From the human T2T-CHM13v2.0 reference genome, Homo sapiens, in assembly GCF_009914755.1 (NCBI RefSeq), contig NC_060933.1: a stretch of DNA of 64,000 bases; one strand, written 5' to 3'. Below the pieces are notes generated by a model. That model did not search any database and was not told the origin of the DNA. It saw only the letters and a list, made by a program, of their open reading frames with translations. Numbering within the stretch: position 1 is the stretch's first letter; each line of letters opens with the position of its first letter. The translations under genes and the position numbers were made by a program. This document shows positions 31,650 to 44,138 of this stretch, in pieces.

Positions 31650-32368
31650 GAGTTCCATACAACATGTACATCCAACCACCTGATTACCATCATCTCTTAA
31701 ATTTCCCACAGAAATCTCAAACCTAATATTCCTATAACAGAAATCTTGATTCTGTCATCAAACCCACTCCCCTTCTTTATACATAATACCAACTTACATT
31801 ATGTTGTTCAGGCAAGAAACCTGGAAAATTTTCCTGATTTCTTCATTCTCTTCATCAACTTCCCACTCTCATTCCATCCGTCTGCAAGTACTGTTGAGTT
31901 AATACCCAACATGTTTTTAAAATCTATCTGCTTCTCTTTATCTATACTGTCACTACATTGGTTCATGACACAATAATCTCTTGCTTGAATTACTATACCA
32001 GCCTCCTAACTGGTTGCTTCACTTCCATGTCTACCCAGCATGATTTCATCATCCAATAACAGCCATATACATTTTTTTTAAACTTAGACTTAAATTTCAT
32101 CATTCCATCACTGCTTTAAACATTTAAAGGTCTTGGTAATTTCACTAAAGTATAAATCTTTTACTATAGTCCAGGGTCCTCTGTGAACTTGTCCTTGCCT
32201 ATCACTCCATTTCATCTCACATTACTTTTCCTTTCCACGGTACGCACCCCAGCTATACTGGATTTTCCTCGGTTCTTCAAACAGGCCTTTGCAGATACCA
32301 TTCCATCTGCCCAGATTGTCTATTTCTCTACTTGTCACATGGCTAATTGCTTCTCATCCCTTACATCC
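31650..32368 (+). mobile_element. L2 (resumes ~33690-33800 and ~34290-34420)
   Basis: atctcaaacctaatattcc, ccagcctcctaactggtt, gcctttgcagataccattccatctgcc. Confidence 0.7.
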
Positions 32369-32369
32369 A

Positions 32370-33686
32370 CAGTCTTCAAATATTTTTGATTATCATGGGG
32401 CAAAAACATTGAACCTGGCCAGGTGAGGTGGCTCCTGTCTGTAATCTCAGCACTTTGGGTGGCCGAGGTGAGTGGATCACTTGAGGTCAGGAGTTCGAGA
32501 CCAGACTAGCCAACATGGTGAAACCCCATATCTACTAAAAATACAAAAAAATTAGCTGGGCATGGTGGTGGGTGCCTGTAATCCCAGCTTCTCGGGAGGC
32601 TGAGGCAGGAGAATCGCTTGAACCTGGGAGGCAGAGTTGCAGTGAGCCAAGATCATGCCATTGCACTCCAGGCTGTGAAACAGAGCAAGACTCCATCTGA
32701 AAAACAAAACAAAACAAACAAAAACATTGAACCTGTACTACTAAATTAACTATATTTATTTATTTATAATATATATACAAGTACTCCTTTGCTAACATAT
32801 TATTTTCATTATGAAATATACACAAATATAGATGCATAACATAAGTATTAAAGATAAGATAATATTTAAATAATTATTTTGCTTCATTAATAATACATTG
32901 TTAAGGATATTTGGTACAAATTTATGTTTTAAGTCATGTACATATGACTATCATTTCACTCCATAAAGAAGCATAAGAAGATCTTATACTAAAAATAGAT
33001 GTCTCAGTTGCTGTTTTATTGTTGCTTGGATTTGCCTTATTATGATTATTTTTTATCCATGGTTTCTTTGGAAGAAACTATTAAAGCTGTCTGTCAATTT
33101 TGACAGTCTTCATTTATTGAAAACTAGATAATATAATCTGAAAATTTGCTTAACCAGGCATTTACATATACTGCTATACATAGCGTTATGTATTACTATC
33201 ATGGAAAGAGAAGGAACAAGTGAGGTGCTGCTGTCTTTTTTCTCCCTCAACATTGTGGAATTCCATTTTCTCTCTCCAGAGACTCAAACCGTGTGACATG
33301 TGGTCACATGAAAAATCCTGAGGCAAAAGTAGAGTTGCTCCTGGGATCAGCCTCTTGGCCTTTTATCTTTGTTCTGGAAATTGGGGCTGCCAAAATAGAA
33401 CATTCAACAGAACAATGAAGGAGTAAATCCATTTGTTATTTTTGCTACAATTTGAAATGTGTAACATGTGGTCACACGGTTTGGTCCCACAGATGACATA
33501 TGACATCTGACAAATGCATAGGGAGGAAAAAAGAGATAGAGAGAGAACATCGGTAGATATTAGTAGAATTTAACTTCTTATTTTTTGATTTTAAAAATAT
33601 CAATTGAGGTTAACATTTTTTCTACATCTTAGTAGGTCTCTGACACAGTCTTTTGTCAGTGAGTCCTCTTTCTGGAGACCACTACT
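32370..33686. mobile_element. hAT-Charlie-like DNA transposon fossil
   Basis: Starts cagtcttcaaatatttttgat and ends ctggagaccact (Charlie-type TIR); AT-rich interior; splits the L2. Confidence 0.5.
32417..32718 (+). mobile_element. AluSx/Sz
   Basis: (caaaa)n tail; TSD caaaaacattgaacct at 32401-32416 and 32719-32734. Confidence 0.95.
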
Positions 33687-33825
33687 TAATTTATCAGCTT
33701 AAATGTTACCTCCTCAAGATGCCTTTCATGACCACCTACCTGAAGCAGGTCCTGTTATTCCTGCTGCATGTGCTTCTTTACAATTATTATGATATTTATG
33801 CATATATATTTTTGTCTATAATATG

Positions 33826-34261
33826 CAGTTGACCCTTGACCAACATGGATTTTTATCCACTGTAGGTCCACTTACACACAGATCTTCTTTCATCTCTCCC
33901 ACCCCTGAGACAGCAAGGCCAACTCCTCTTCTTCCACCTCCTCCTCAGCCTACTCATCGTGAAGACAATAAGGAGAAAGATCTTCATGATGATTCACTTC
34001 CACTTAATGAATAGTAAATACATATCCTCTTCTTCATGATTTTCTTAACATTTTTTCTCTAGCTTACTTTATTATGAGTACAGTATAGAATATATATTAC
34101 ATACAAAATATATATTAATTGACAGTTTTTGTTATTGGTAAGGCTTCCAGTCAATAGTAGGCTATTAGTAGCTAAGTTTTGGGGAAGCCAACATTTATAC
34201 ATGGATTTTTCATGTTCATAGGATCAGCACCCTTAACCTCATGTTGTGGAAGGGTTAACTC
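33826..34261 (+). mobile_element. Tigger2a/MER28 non-autonomous deletion derivative
   Basis: TIR cagttgacccttgaccaacatgg ... atgttgtggaagggttaact; interior homologous to 17420-17787. Confidence 0.85.
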
Positions 34262-34777
34262 TTTATTTTTATATTTATGTTATTTAAACATTTATAATCA
34301 TTTAATTGTCTGCCAGCTTATTTTTGTTTGTTTGCAGACACCACAATAACAGAAAGACTCCATTTTCTTTTAATATTTATCCCCAGCCATCAATACAGTT
34401 TGGGTCTCTGTAAATATGTATGAAAGTTCAACAATTCTCAATTGCTGTTTGATGATATGTTGATCATGATGTGAATAATTGTAAGGTAAATGGCAAATCA
34501 TTTGTTATTAATACAATTTAAAGAAATATCACTTGTAAATGGTTTTTAATTTTAATTAGGAAGAGCTGAAGGTAGCTCTATAATAATATTACTTTTGGTT
34601 GTATTCACGTATCATATCCAAAATGGAGGAAAATATGTAGAATTTCACCTGGTGCCAGAAGAAGAGTGCATCATCTAGAGCTCATTTTGGGTGTATCCCA
34701 TCTCATTCTTTGTAGTCAAAGTAAACTTCATCTTTCCTGCACATCATGGGGCAGCACAGGTTAAGAATCGGTGACCA

Positions 34778-35260
<483 letters not shown>

Positions 35261-35399
35261 GAGATAGTGATTTACAGAGAGAGACATATGTACAGTATGG
35301 TCCATGACAGATAGAAGTGTGGATGAAGTGCTATGGAAAAAACAGAAGTATCCCCTAATCGCTTTTTGTCTCAGCAAATCTCAGTGGAGGAAATGCCTT

Positions 35400-35620
35400 A
35401 GAAATAGACAGACCTTGGTTCTAGTCCTGTCTCTGTAATCTACTAGTGGGATGTCCATGCACACAGCTTTTATACTCTGAGCCTCAGTTCCCACGTATCC
35501 AAAAATGACAATAATAAAATTCCTCAAGCCCTCCTGGCCTCAGAGGATTGCCATAAGAATTAAATGAGGCAGTCTGTAAAAAAACAGTTGGGTAACCTTA
35601 AAATAATATATAAATGTTTT
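35400..35620 (+). mobile_element. MIR
   Basis: ctctgagcctcagttcccacgtatccaaaaatg...gaattaaatgag. Confidence 0.7.
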
Positions 35621-35649
35621 AATCAAAACTGTTTTCAGTTGCCCCACTG

Positions 35650-36030
35650 AGCTAAATTCAGGTCAATTTAAGGAATATTTTATGAGCATTTATTATGTTT
35701 CAGACATTATGCAAAGAACCTGGGACACAGAGTAGACATAGACCCTACCCTCAAGCTCTACCTTCTAGTGGGAGCAAGAGACACATGTACAGATAAATAT
35801 AACAGAATGTGATCCATGCAATGAGAGACATGTATTATTATAGTCTAGAACAAAGAGAAGGGAAACAAGACTGATGAACTCTGTTGTGTTGGAAGGATTT
35901 AAGCCTCAATGAAAGTTCATAAGGGAAGAAAAGTCTGAGCAGTGTTTTGAAGACATTTGGGAATAGCGGAAGGGTTTCCAGGCAGAGGAAATAGTAGGTG
36001 TCAAGGGATAGAGCCCTGAAGGCTTGGACC
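35650..36030 (-). mobile_element. L2 fragment
   Basis: gagcattttattatgtttcagacatt...ccctcaagct...ttctagtggg. Confidence 0.65.
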
Positions 36031-36047
36031 AGAATTTTCTTTCTCCT

Positions 36048-36101
36048 TTGTGTGTGTGTGTGTATGCGTGTGTGCATGTGTGTGTGTGCGTGTGTGTGTG
36101 T
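36048..36101. repeat. Imperfect (TG)n microsatellite
   Basis: Direct reading. Confidence 0.95.
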
Positions 36102-36143
36102 CCCTGTGTACATTCACAGGAAAATGGTAGATAAGATGGCAAG

Positions 36144-36563
36144 TAATATAGTTTGGATATGTGTCCCTGCCCAAATCTCATGCCAGCTGTAATCTCCAGT
36201 ATTGGAGGTAAGGCCTGGTAGGAGGTGATTGGATCACAGTGGGATAGATTCCTTATGAACGGTTTAGCACCATCATCTTGGTGCTGTTCTCGCAATAGTG
36301 ACTTCTCACAAGATGTGGCTGTTTACAAGTGTGGAACCTCATGCTCTCTCTCTTGCCCCTGCTCTGCCCTGTGAGATGTCAGCTTCCCCTTCACCTTCTG
36401 CCATCATTGTAAGCTTCCTGAGCCCTCTCCAGAAGCCGATGCCAGCACCATGCTTCCTGTACAGCCTGCAGAACCATGAGCCAATTAAACCTCCTTTCTT
36501 CAAATTACCCAGTCTTAGGCATTTCTTTATAGCAATGCAATAAACATTAGACTGGCCTAGCAT
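36144..36563 (+). mobile_element. MSTA-like MaLR solo LTR
   Basis: atatagtttggatatgtgtccctgcccaaatctcatg ... gagccaattaaacctc...ttctttatagcaatgc. Confidence 0.85.
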
Positions 36564-36729
36564 AAGAGAATCTCAGAAGCTCTCTGTGGTTCCAGAATAA
36601 AATAAATGCAAGAGAGGTCGCAGATCAGACAGGAGCAGTAGAGGGAGTTTGAGAGGTTGGGAAAAATATTACTGACTTATCCATAATAAGTATTTAGGCC
36701 TGTTGGTGCATTTGCTTACAAACTCTGGT

Positions 36730-36870
36730 CCCTTTTATTATTAACTCCATTATCCAGATGAAGAAACAGATTAAGTAAGGGTAAATGGCTAGCCCAAGAT
36801 CACATCGCTAATAAACTGAGGAGCCTGGATTCACACCTGGCTCCAGGATTTGAACCCAGGTGCTTATTCT
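36730..36870 (-). mobile_element. MIR fragment
   Basis: cagatgaagaaacag...gcccaagatcacatcgcta...ggatttgaacccagg. Confidence 0.7.
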
Positions 36871-37998
36871 CTACCGAGAAGGCTGAGTTAAACTACAGCC
36901 AGCATTTAAGACCTGCTTTAGTATGTGGGGAAAGTCATATGACCCCAGATCATTGTAAACAAAGTAGCAGAGTTCATTTTCATCCCTACCATGCCAACTT
37001 CTGGAAATGTTTTTCTTTTCTGATCCCTGACCGGGTCCTCTTAACCTTGCATTACAAAGTCGTGTTTCTCTGTGCTCTTCCAAATGGAGCTGAGCCTTTC
37101 AGCCCAAGAGGAGACACGGGCTTTTTTCCTTCAATAAGCTCATGAGCCAAATTGCTAAGAGCTTCTTTCTCCTTTCCATTACTGAATGCAGCATTGCTAA
37201 TTGACCAGGGGAAGTTCTATGAAGACCAAGTTTACAAGCTCACTTCCTGTAACATTCCCCACCCCACCCCCATTCCCTTGCAGGCATCAGCCTGGAGCTT
37301 GGAGCCCCCTCCCCTTGGAATCCAGGCAGCCAGAGCTGTGGAAACCTATAGGGTTCCCTCTGAATCTGGTCTTTGCACAGTAACAACCTCATTGAGTTGC
37401 GACCTTGCCTGCATAGGTCACCATGTGATGAACCTATGATTAACCTTATTCTCAAATCAGAATTTTGATCTAATCTCAGGGGCGGCATGGTTAACACGTA
37501 TGGACTTTTTTTTCTGTAGAGCTGGAGATCTGAAATGTAACAGCCTCAGCTAAGCCAAGCACCAGAGGAAAACCGCAGAGTTCATGTTACATATGTTAGG
37601 CTTTGTGTGTGTGTGCTGCAATTCTCAACAGGCTCAGGCTGACCTTGGGTGGTGGAACAGCTACCTCCAAAGAAGGCTCTTCTCTCCCATGGCCTTGCCA
37701 TGCAAAGGACACAGACACAGCAGTGTGTATTTTGCTTGGTTGTACTGGAGCATAATCACAATTTGTAGGCAGGCTGGAAGTGGCCACCCCAGAGCTGAGA
37801 GCTATGGAGAACATTCATTTCTGCCACCGCAGACAGCTCAGCCACAGATATGGATGATGAAAGGGAACTTGGCATTGACCTTGCTGCTTTTCAAGGAGCA
37901 GATGGGACCTGGAGTCTGGTTAGCAAAGAAAAATGAACTGAGCCTCCTTGATAGTATTTGAAGAACAAGAGCTGGACCCAACTGTCTCTTCCTCCCTG

Positions 37999-38011
37999 GT
38001 GTGTGTGTGTG

Positions 38012-38044
<33 letters not shown>

Positions 38045-38054
38045 ATGTGCATAT
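37999..38054. repeat. (TG)n microsatellite
   Basis: Direct reading. Confidence 0.95.
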
Positions 38055-38619
38055 GTACACACACCAGCTGTGTCTGACGTGCAAGAGAAAGACAAACACC
38101 CTTGTCCATGCTGGAGCTCCCTATTGCACATTTGGCATTTGACTGACATATAAAACTCCCATGGAGATCAAAAGGACAGTAACTCAGAATGCATAAGAGA
38201 TTTTTGCTATTGATAAGAAGACAGGTGGAGAGAAAAATATTATTGACACTAATTTTCAATCTTTCTATTATTATTATTATTATTATTGCCCAGAGGAATG
38301 GAGTCTGTCTCAAGTGAGTGATGCAAGAGGTGAAAAATAAAGCTGATGTAGCCAACTGTATGAGACACACCCTGCCCAGCTCATCAGAGTGTACCATTGT
38401 CCTTTTGTTTTTGCTCATGTTGAATTCCCCTGCCAGAAATGTTCTTACTCTCCCATTTCCCACCTGGTAAATTCATTTCATCTTTCAAGTCCCAGTTGGA
38501 CTTTCACTTCCTTCAAAAAGCCTTCTCTGATTTTTCTCTACCCAGCACAAGTCATTTGTTTCTCTTGCTTGTAAATTTCTTGAGTGGGGGAAGGCTAACA
38601 CATAGTAGATACTCAATGA

Positions 38620-38835
38620 TAATACAGTGGACTGAGCACAAACCTGGAAACAGGAGGGCCTGAGCTGAAATCCAGGCTCTCCCACATTAAATCTATGAGA
38701 CTTTGGGGATGACTTATCTCAGCCTCAGTTTCCTCCTATGTAAACCTGAGTGGTAATGACTACTTCATGGGATAAGTGGGAGATTAAATGAGCTAATGTA
38801 CATAAAGAGCCTAGCACATAGTAGGTAATTTATTA
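38620..38835 (+). mobile_element. MIR
   Basis: gcctcagtttcctcctatgtaaa...gattaaatgagctaatgtacataaagagcctagcacatagta. Confidence 0.8.
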
Positions 38836-38921
38836 TATGTGGTCTCCTTTGCCCAGATGCTGTATCTGATTCATTTTTTGTATTGTATTTTTATAATTTA
38901 TGTCACATTTTCAGCATGAAA

Positions 38922-39838
38922 TTATTTTTTAAATTTCAACAGCTTTAGGTGTACAAGTGTTTTTTGGTTGAACTGTATAGTGGTACCCTCTGGGGTTTTA
39001 GTGCACCCATCACCAAATAGTGTCCATTGTACCCAATATGTAGTTTTTCACACCCCATCCTGTCTCACCTTTCCCCCTCTGAGCCTCCGATGTCCGTTCT
39101 ACCACTCTGTATGCCTTTGCACACCCATAGCTTAGCTCCCACTTAAAAGTGACAGCATATGTTATTTGATTTTCCATTCCCGAGTTACTTCACTTTGAAT
39201 AATAGCCACCAGCTCCATCTAAGTTGCTGCAAAAGACATTATTTAGTTCTTTTAAATGGCTGAGTAATATTCCACAGTGTGTATATACCACATTTGTTTA
39301 TCCACTCATTGGTTGATGGGCACATAGGTTGATTGCACATCTTTGCAATTATGAACTGAGCTATGACAACCATATGTATGCCGGAGTCTTTCTGATATAA
39401 TGGCTTATTTTCCTCTGGGTAGATACCCAGTAGTGTGATTGCTGGATCAAATGGTAGATCTAGTTTTATTTCTTCAAAAAATCTCCACACTGCTTTCCAT
39501 AGAAGTTGTGCTAATTTACATTCCTTCCCAGCAAAGTGTAAGTGTTCCCTTTTCACCACATCCACTCCAACATCTACTATTTTTGACTTTTTAATAATGG
39601 TCATTTTGGCTGGGGTAAGGTAGTATCTCACTGTGGTTTCAATTTGCATTTCCCTGATGATTGGTGACACTGAGCATCTTTTCCATATGTTGTTGGCCAT
39701 TTGCATGTCTTCTTTTGAAAAATGTTCGTGTCATTTTCCCACTTTTTGATGAGATTATTTGTATTTTTTTCTTAGTAATTTGAGTTCCTTGTAGATTCTG
39801 AATATTAGTCCTTTGTCAGATGTTTAGTTTGCAAATAT
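38922..39838 (-). mobile_element. L1PB-like 3' fragment (ORF2 C-terminus plus 3'UTR)
   Basis: ORF 39239-39706 (IIREMQIETTVRYYLTP...DLPFDPAITLLGIYP) is the L1 ORF2 C-terminal domain. Confidence 0.9.
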
Positions 39839-40107
39839 TATGAAATCTTGATCAATTATAGTAAATAGGAAATTTTTTGCTACTTAAACATTCTAAGGCA
39901 TTGAAATCAAGCAATAATAAAAATAATAATGCTAATGAAAATAAGAGCAATCACTAATGCACAAAGCCTTATTCTTTGCACACGTTATCTTATTTTATCT
40001 TCATGTTATCTCCGGAGGGAGATATAATTAGTCCTACTTTGCAGATAAGGAAATTGGGTAGTGATGAAATAAGATTTTAAATATAACCCCCGAGCTTAAC
40101 CATCACT

Positions 40108-40275
40108 TAGCGATTCTCAGCCATGACTGCACTAGAGTATCATGAGAAACTTTTAAAAATGCCAATGCCTGAACCTCAGTATCAGATTTAGACTCAATTA
40201 GGCTACAGTGGGGCCCAGGGATTGTTTTTGAAAACACCAGGTGATTCCATGTGCCACCAGGAGTGAGAACTTCTG
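40108..40275. mobile_element. MER5-family hAT-Charlie MITE (MIR fragment just upstream, ~39940-40100)
   Basis: agcgattctcagcc...caggtgattcc...gtgagaacttctg. Confidence 0.7.
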
Positions 40276-40324
40276 ACATCAGGCAATTGCGGGAGTACAA
40301 AGTAGAGTTTTGTATCTCAACATA

Positions 40325-41150
40325 TGATGTGGTTTGGATTTGTGTCCCCAACGAAATCGCATGTCAAATTAGAGGAGGGGCCTGGTGGGAGGTGACTGGA
40401 GTATGGGGGTGGGTTTTCCCCTTGCTGTCATCATGATAGTGAGTGAGTTCTTATGAGATCTGATGGTTTAGAAGTATGTGGTACTTCCCCCCTTTGCATT
40501 CTCTCTCTCTCTCTCCCCTGACACCATGTAAAGAAGGCTTGCTTCTTCTTCACCTTCTACCATGATTTTAAGTTTCCTGAGGCCTCCCAGTCATGCTTCC
40601 TGTTAAGCTTGAGGAACTGTGAGCCAATTAAACCTCTTTTCTTCATAAATTATCCAGTCTCAGATAGTTCTTTATAGCAGTGTGAGAATGGACTAATACA
40701 GAAAATTGGTACTAGGAGTGGGGTACTGCTATAAAGCTACCTGAAAATGTGGAAGCGAGTTTGGAACTGGGTAGAGGGTAGAGGTTGGAACAATTTGGAG
40801 GGCTCAGAAGACAGGAAGATGTAGGAAAGTTTGGAACTTCCTAGAGACTTGTTGAAGGGTTTTGACCAAAATGCTGATAGTGATACAGACACTGAAGTCC
40901 AGGCTGAGGTGGTCTCAGACGGAGATGAGGAACTTATTGGTAACTGGAGTAAAGTTATTGCTATGCTTTAGCAAAGAGACTAGCAGCATTTTGCTCCTGC
41001 CCTAGAGATCTGTGGACTTTGAACTCAAGACAGATAATTTAGAGTATCTGGTGGAAGAAATTTCTAAGCAGCAAAGCATTCAAGAAGTGACCTGGCTGTT
41101 TGTAAAGGTGTATGCTCATACGTGTGAAGAAAGAGATGGTCTGAAATTGG
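40325..41150 (+). mobile_element. THE1D/MSTA 5' LTR (40325-40700) plus truncated internal sequence
   Basis: LTR ends gtgtgagaatggactaataca, followed directly by the MaLR internal start gaaaattggtactaggagtgggg. Confidence 0.88.
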
Positions 41151-42128
41151 GGGAAAGTCACTTTCCTTTTGACTCTTCAGCCAAATGGACAGAAGTCAAA
41201 GCCAGAGATGCTGCATCCCTCATCAGCTGGAAGGGGCAACTATGACCTGGGGTAGAGATAAAGGCAAAGTTAGCAGCCAAGATCAAACAAAAATTGAACC
41301 AGGTGCTTGGAGCAAAGCAGAAGCAAAGGACATTTGCCAAAATTTGAACTGCAATGTTAAAAGCTCATTTTGGTGGTCAACGTCTCTGTCATAGCAGAGT
41401 GGAGCAATCCAAGCAGAGGGGAGAGCATGAATTAGGTCTAGGGCTCACTAGAGTCAGAAAATAGAGTGTCAAGCTATTTTCACTATCAGAGAGCTGAGCT
41501 TCATCAAGATTATTGTATTTATCTTAGAACAGGAGACTCAAAACTTGTAATAGCACTATAGGTGTGTCTGATTCCAGCATAGAGGAGCAGAAGTCTCTTC
41601 CTTCCACATTCTAGACTTAGCACTTGGAATATACTCTTTTATCAATTGAACTGTCCAGCTGCATTCACAAGATTAGACTATCCTAAGGCTACATAAATCC
41701 TGAGCCCCAGCTAATTTTCATGTTGTCACATTCCTCAGTGATACCAGTGTGTTTCTGGGTTCCATTACATGCAATTTCTTTTGGATCCATACCATATTTA
41801 TGTGCCATGTGTTGGACAGTGCATGTCCCCAGAGAGTCTCAGAGAGGTCCTGACTTGTCCAAAGTGGAAAACCCTAGACCCAGGTCTCAAATCCGTGGCC
41901 TCATGTTCCAGTGTCATGATTATTTTGTTCTAGCAAGGAGGATCTATTAGCTTCAAAATCCATGCCTTGATTTCTGAAGTGACAGGTATAAGCAGTGCTG
42001 CTTAATCCTGATGCTTTGGCTGGAGAATACTGATGTGTGGGGTCAATCAGTTACTTTTGACAGATCCAAGCTTTTTTACTCCAAGCAAGCCTGTTTCTGA
42101 TCTTTGGTGGCTTGGAATGAGGTAGAAC

Positions 42129-42180
<52 letters not shown>

Positions 42181-42831
42181 CTTTACATTCTGGGATACAT
42201 TTGGAGAACCTGCAGGTTTGTTACATAGGTATACACATGCCATAGTGGTTTGCTTCACCCATTAACCCATCATCTACATTAGGTATTTCTCCTAATGCTA
42301 TCCCTCATCTAGCTCTCCACCAACTGACAGGCCCCAGTGTGTGATGTTCCCCTTCCTGTGTCCGTGTGTTCTCATTGTTCACCTCCCACTTATGAGTGAG
42401 AACATGTGGTGTTTGGTTTTCTGTTCCTGTGTTAGTTTGCTGAGAATGATGGTTTCCAGCTTCATCCATGTCCCTGCAAAGGACATGAACTCATCCTTTT
42501 TTATGGCTCACAGTATTCCATGTGATATGTGTGCCACATTTTCTTTATTCAGTCTATCATTGATGGGCATTTGGGTTGGTTCCAACTCTTTGCTATTGTT
42601 AACGGTGCTGCAATAATCATATGCGTGCATGTGTCTTTATAGTAGAATGATTTATAATCCTTTGGGTATATACCCAGTAATGGGATTGCTGGGTCAAATG
42701 GTATTTCTGGTTCTAGGTCCTTGAGGAATCACCACATGGTCTTCCACAATGGTTGAAATAATTTACACTCCCACCAACAGTGTAAAAGCATTCCTATTTC
42801 TCCACATCCTCTCCAGCATCTGTTGTTTCCT

Positions 42832-43152
<321 letters not shown>

Positions 43153-44138
43153 TGTTTCCTGACTTTTTAATGATCGTCATTCGAACTGGCGTGAGATGGT
43201 ATCTCATTTTGTTTTGATTTGCGTTTCTCTAATGACCAGTGACAATGAGCTTTTTTTCATATGTTTGTTGGACACATAAATGTCTTCTTTTGAGAAGTGT
43301 CTGTTCATATCCTTTGCCCACTTTTTGATGGGGTTGTTGTTTTTTTCTTGTAAATTTGTTTAAGTTCTTTGTAGATTCTGGACATTAGCCCTTTGTCAGG
43401 TGGATAGATTGAAAAATTTTCTCCCATTCTGTAGGTTGCCTATTCACTCTGATGATAGTTTCTTTTGCTGTGCAGAAGCTCTTTAGTGTAATTAGATCCC
43501 ATTTGTCAATTTTGGCTTTTGTCACCATTACTTTTAGTGTTTTAATCATGAAGTCTTTCCCCATGCCTATGTCCTGAATGGTATTGCCAAGGTTTTCTTC
43601 TAGGGTTTTTATGATTTTAGGTCTTATTTTTAAGTCTTTAATCCACCTTGAGTTAATTTTTTATAAGGTGTAACAAAGGGGTCCAGTTTCAGTTTTCTGC
43701 AAATGGCTAGCCAGTTTTCCCAACACCATTTATTAGATAGGGAATCCTTTCCTCATTGCTTTTGTCAGGTTTGTCAAAGATCAGATGGTTGTACATGTGT
43801 GGCATTATTTTTGAGGGCTCTGTTCTGTTCCATTGGTCTATATATCTGTTTTGGTACCAGTACCATGCTGTTTTGGTTACTGTAGCCTTGTAGTATAGTT
43901 TGAAGTCAGGTAGGGCGATGCCTCCAGCTTCGTTCTTTTTGCTTAGTATAGTGTTGGATATTCGGGCTCTTTTTTGGTTCCATATGAAATTTAAAGTAGT
44001 TTTTTTCTATTTATGTAAAGAATGTCAATGGTAGCTTGATGGGGACAGCAATTACTTTGGGCAGTATGGCCATTTTCATGATATTGATTCTTCCTATTGA
44101 TGAGAATGGAATGTTTTTCCATTTGTTTGTGTCCTCTC

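Larger units (their letters stand above)
31178..33456. repeat. 148-bp inverted repeat pair (31178-31325 and 33309-33456)
   Basis: Base-by-base comparison of the reverse complement gives 143/148 identity with no gaps. Confidence 0.97.

Noticed and set aside
31178-33456. The 148-bp arms as TIRs of an unknown 2.3-kb transposon
   Set aside because: No TSD around the whole unit; the interior is unrelated L2, Alu and Charlie-like sequence; the left arm appears colinear with its L1ME context and the duplications flank only the right arm
37891-38463. 190-aa ORF with HT repeats and poly-I
   Set aside because: Kept open by the (CA)n and (AAT)n microsatellites; no homology recognised
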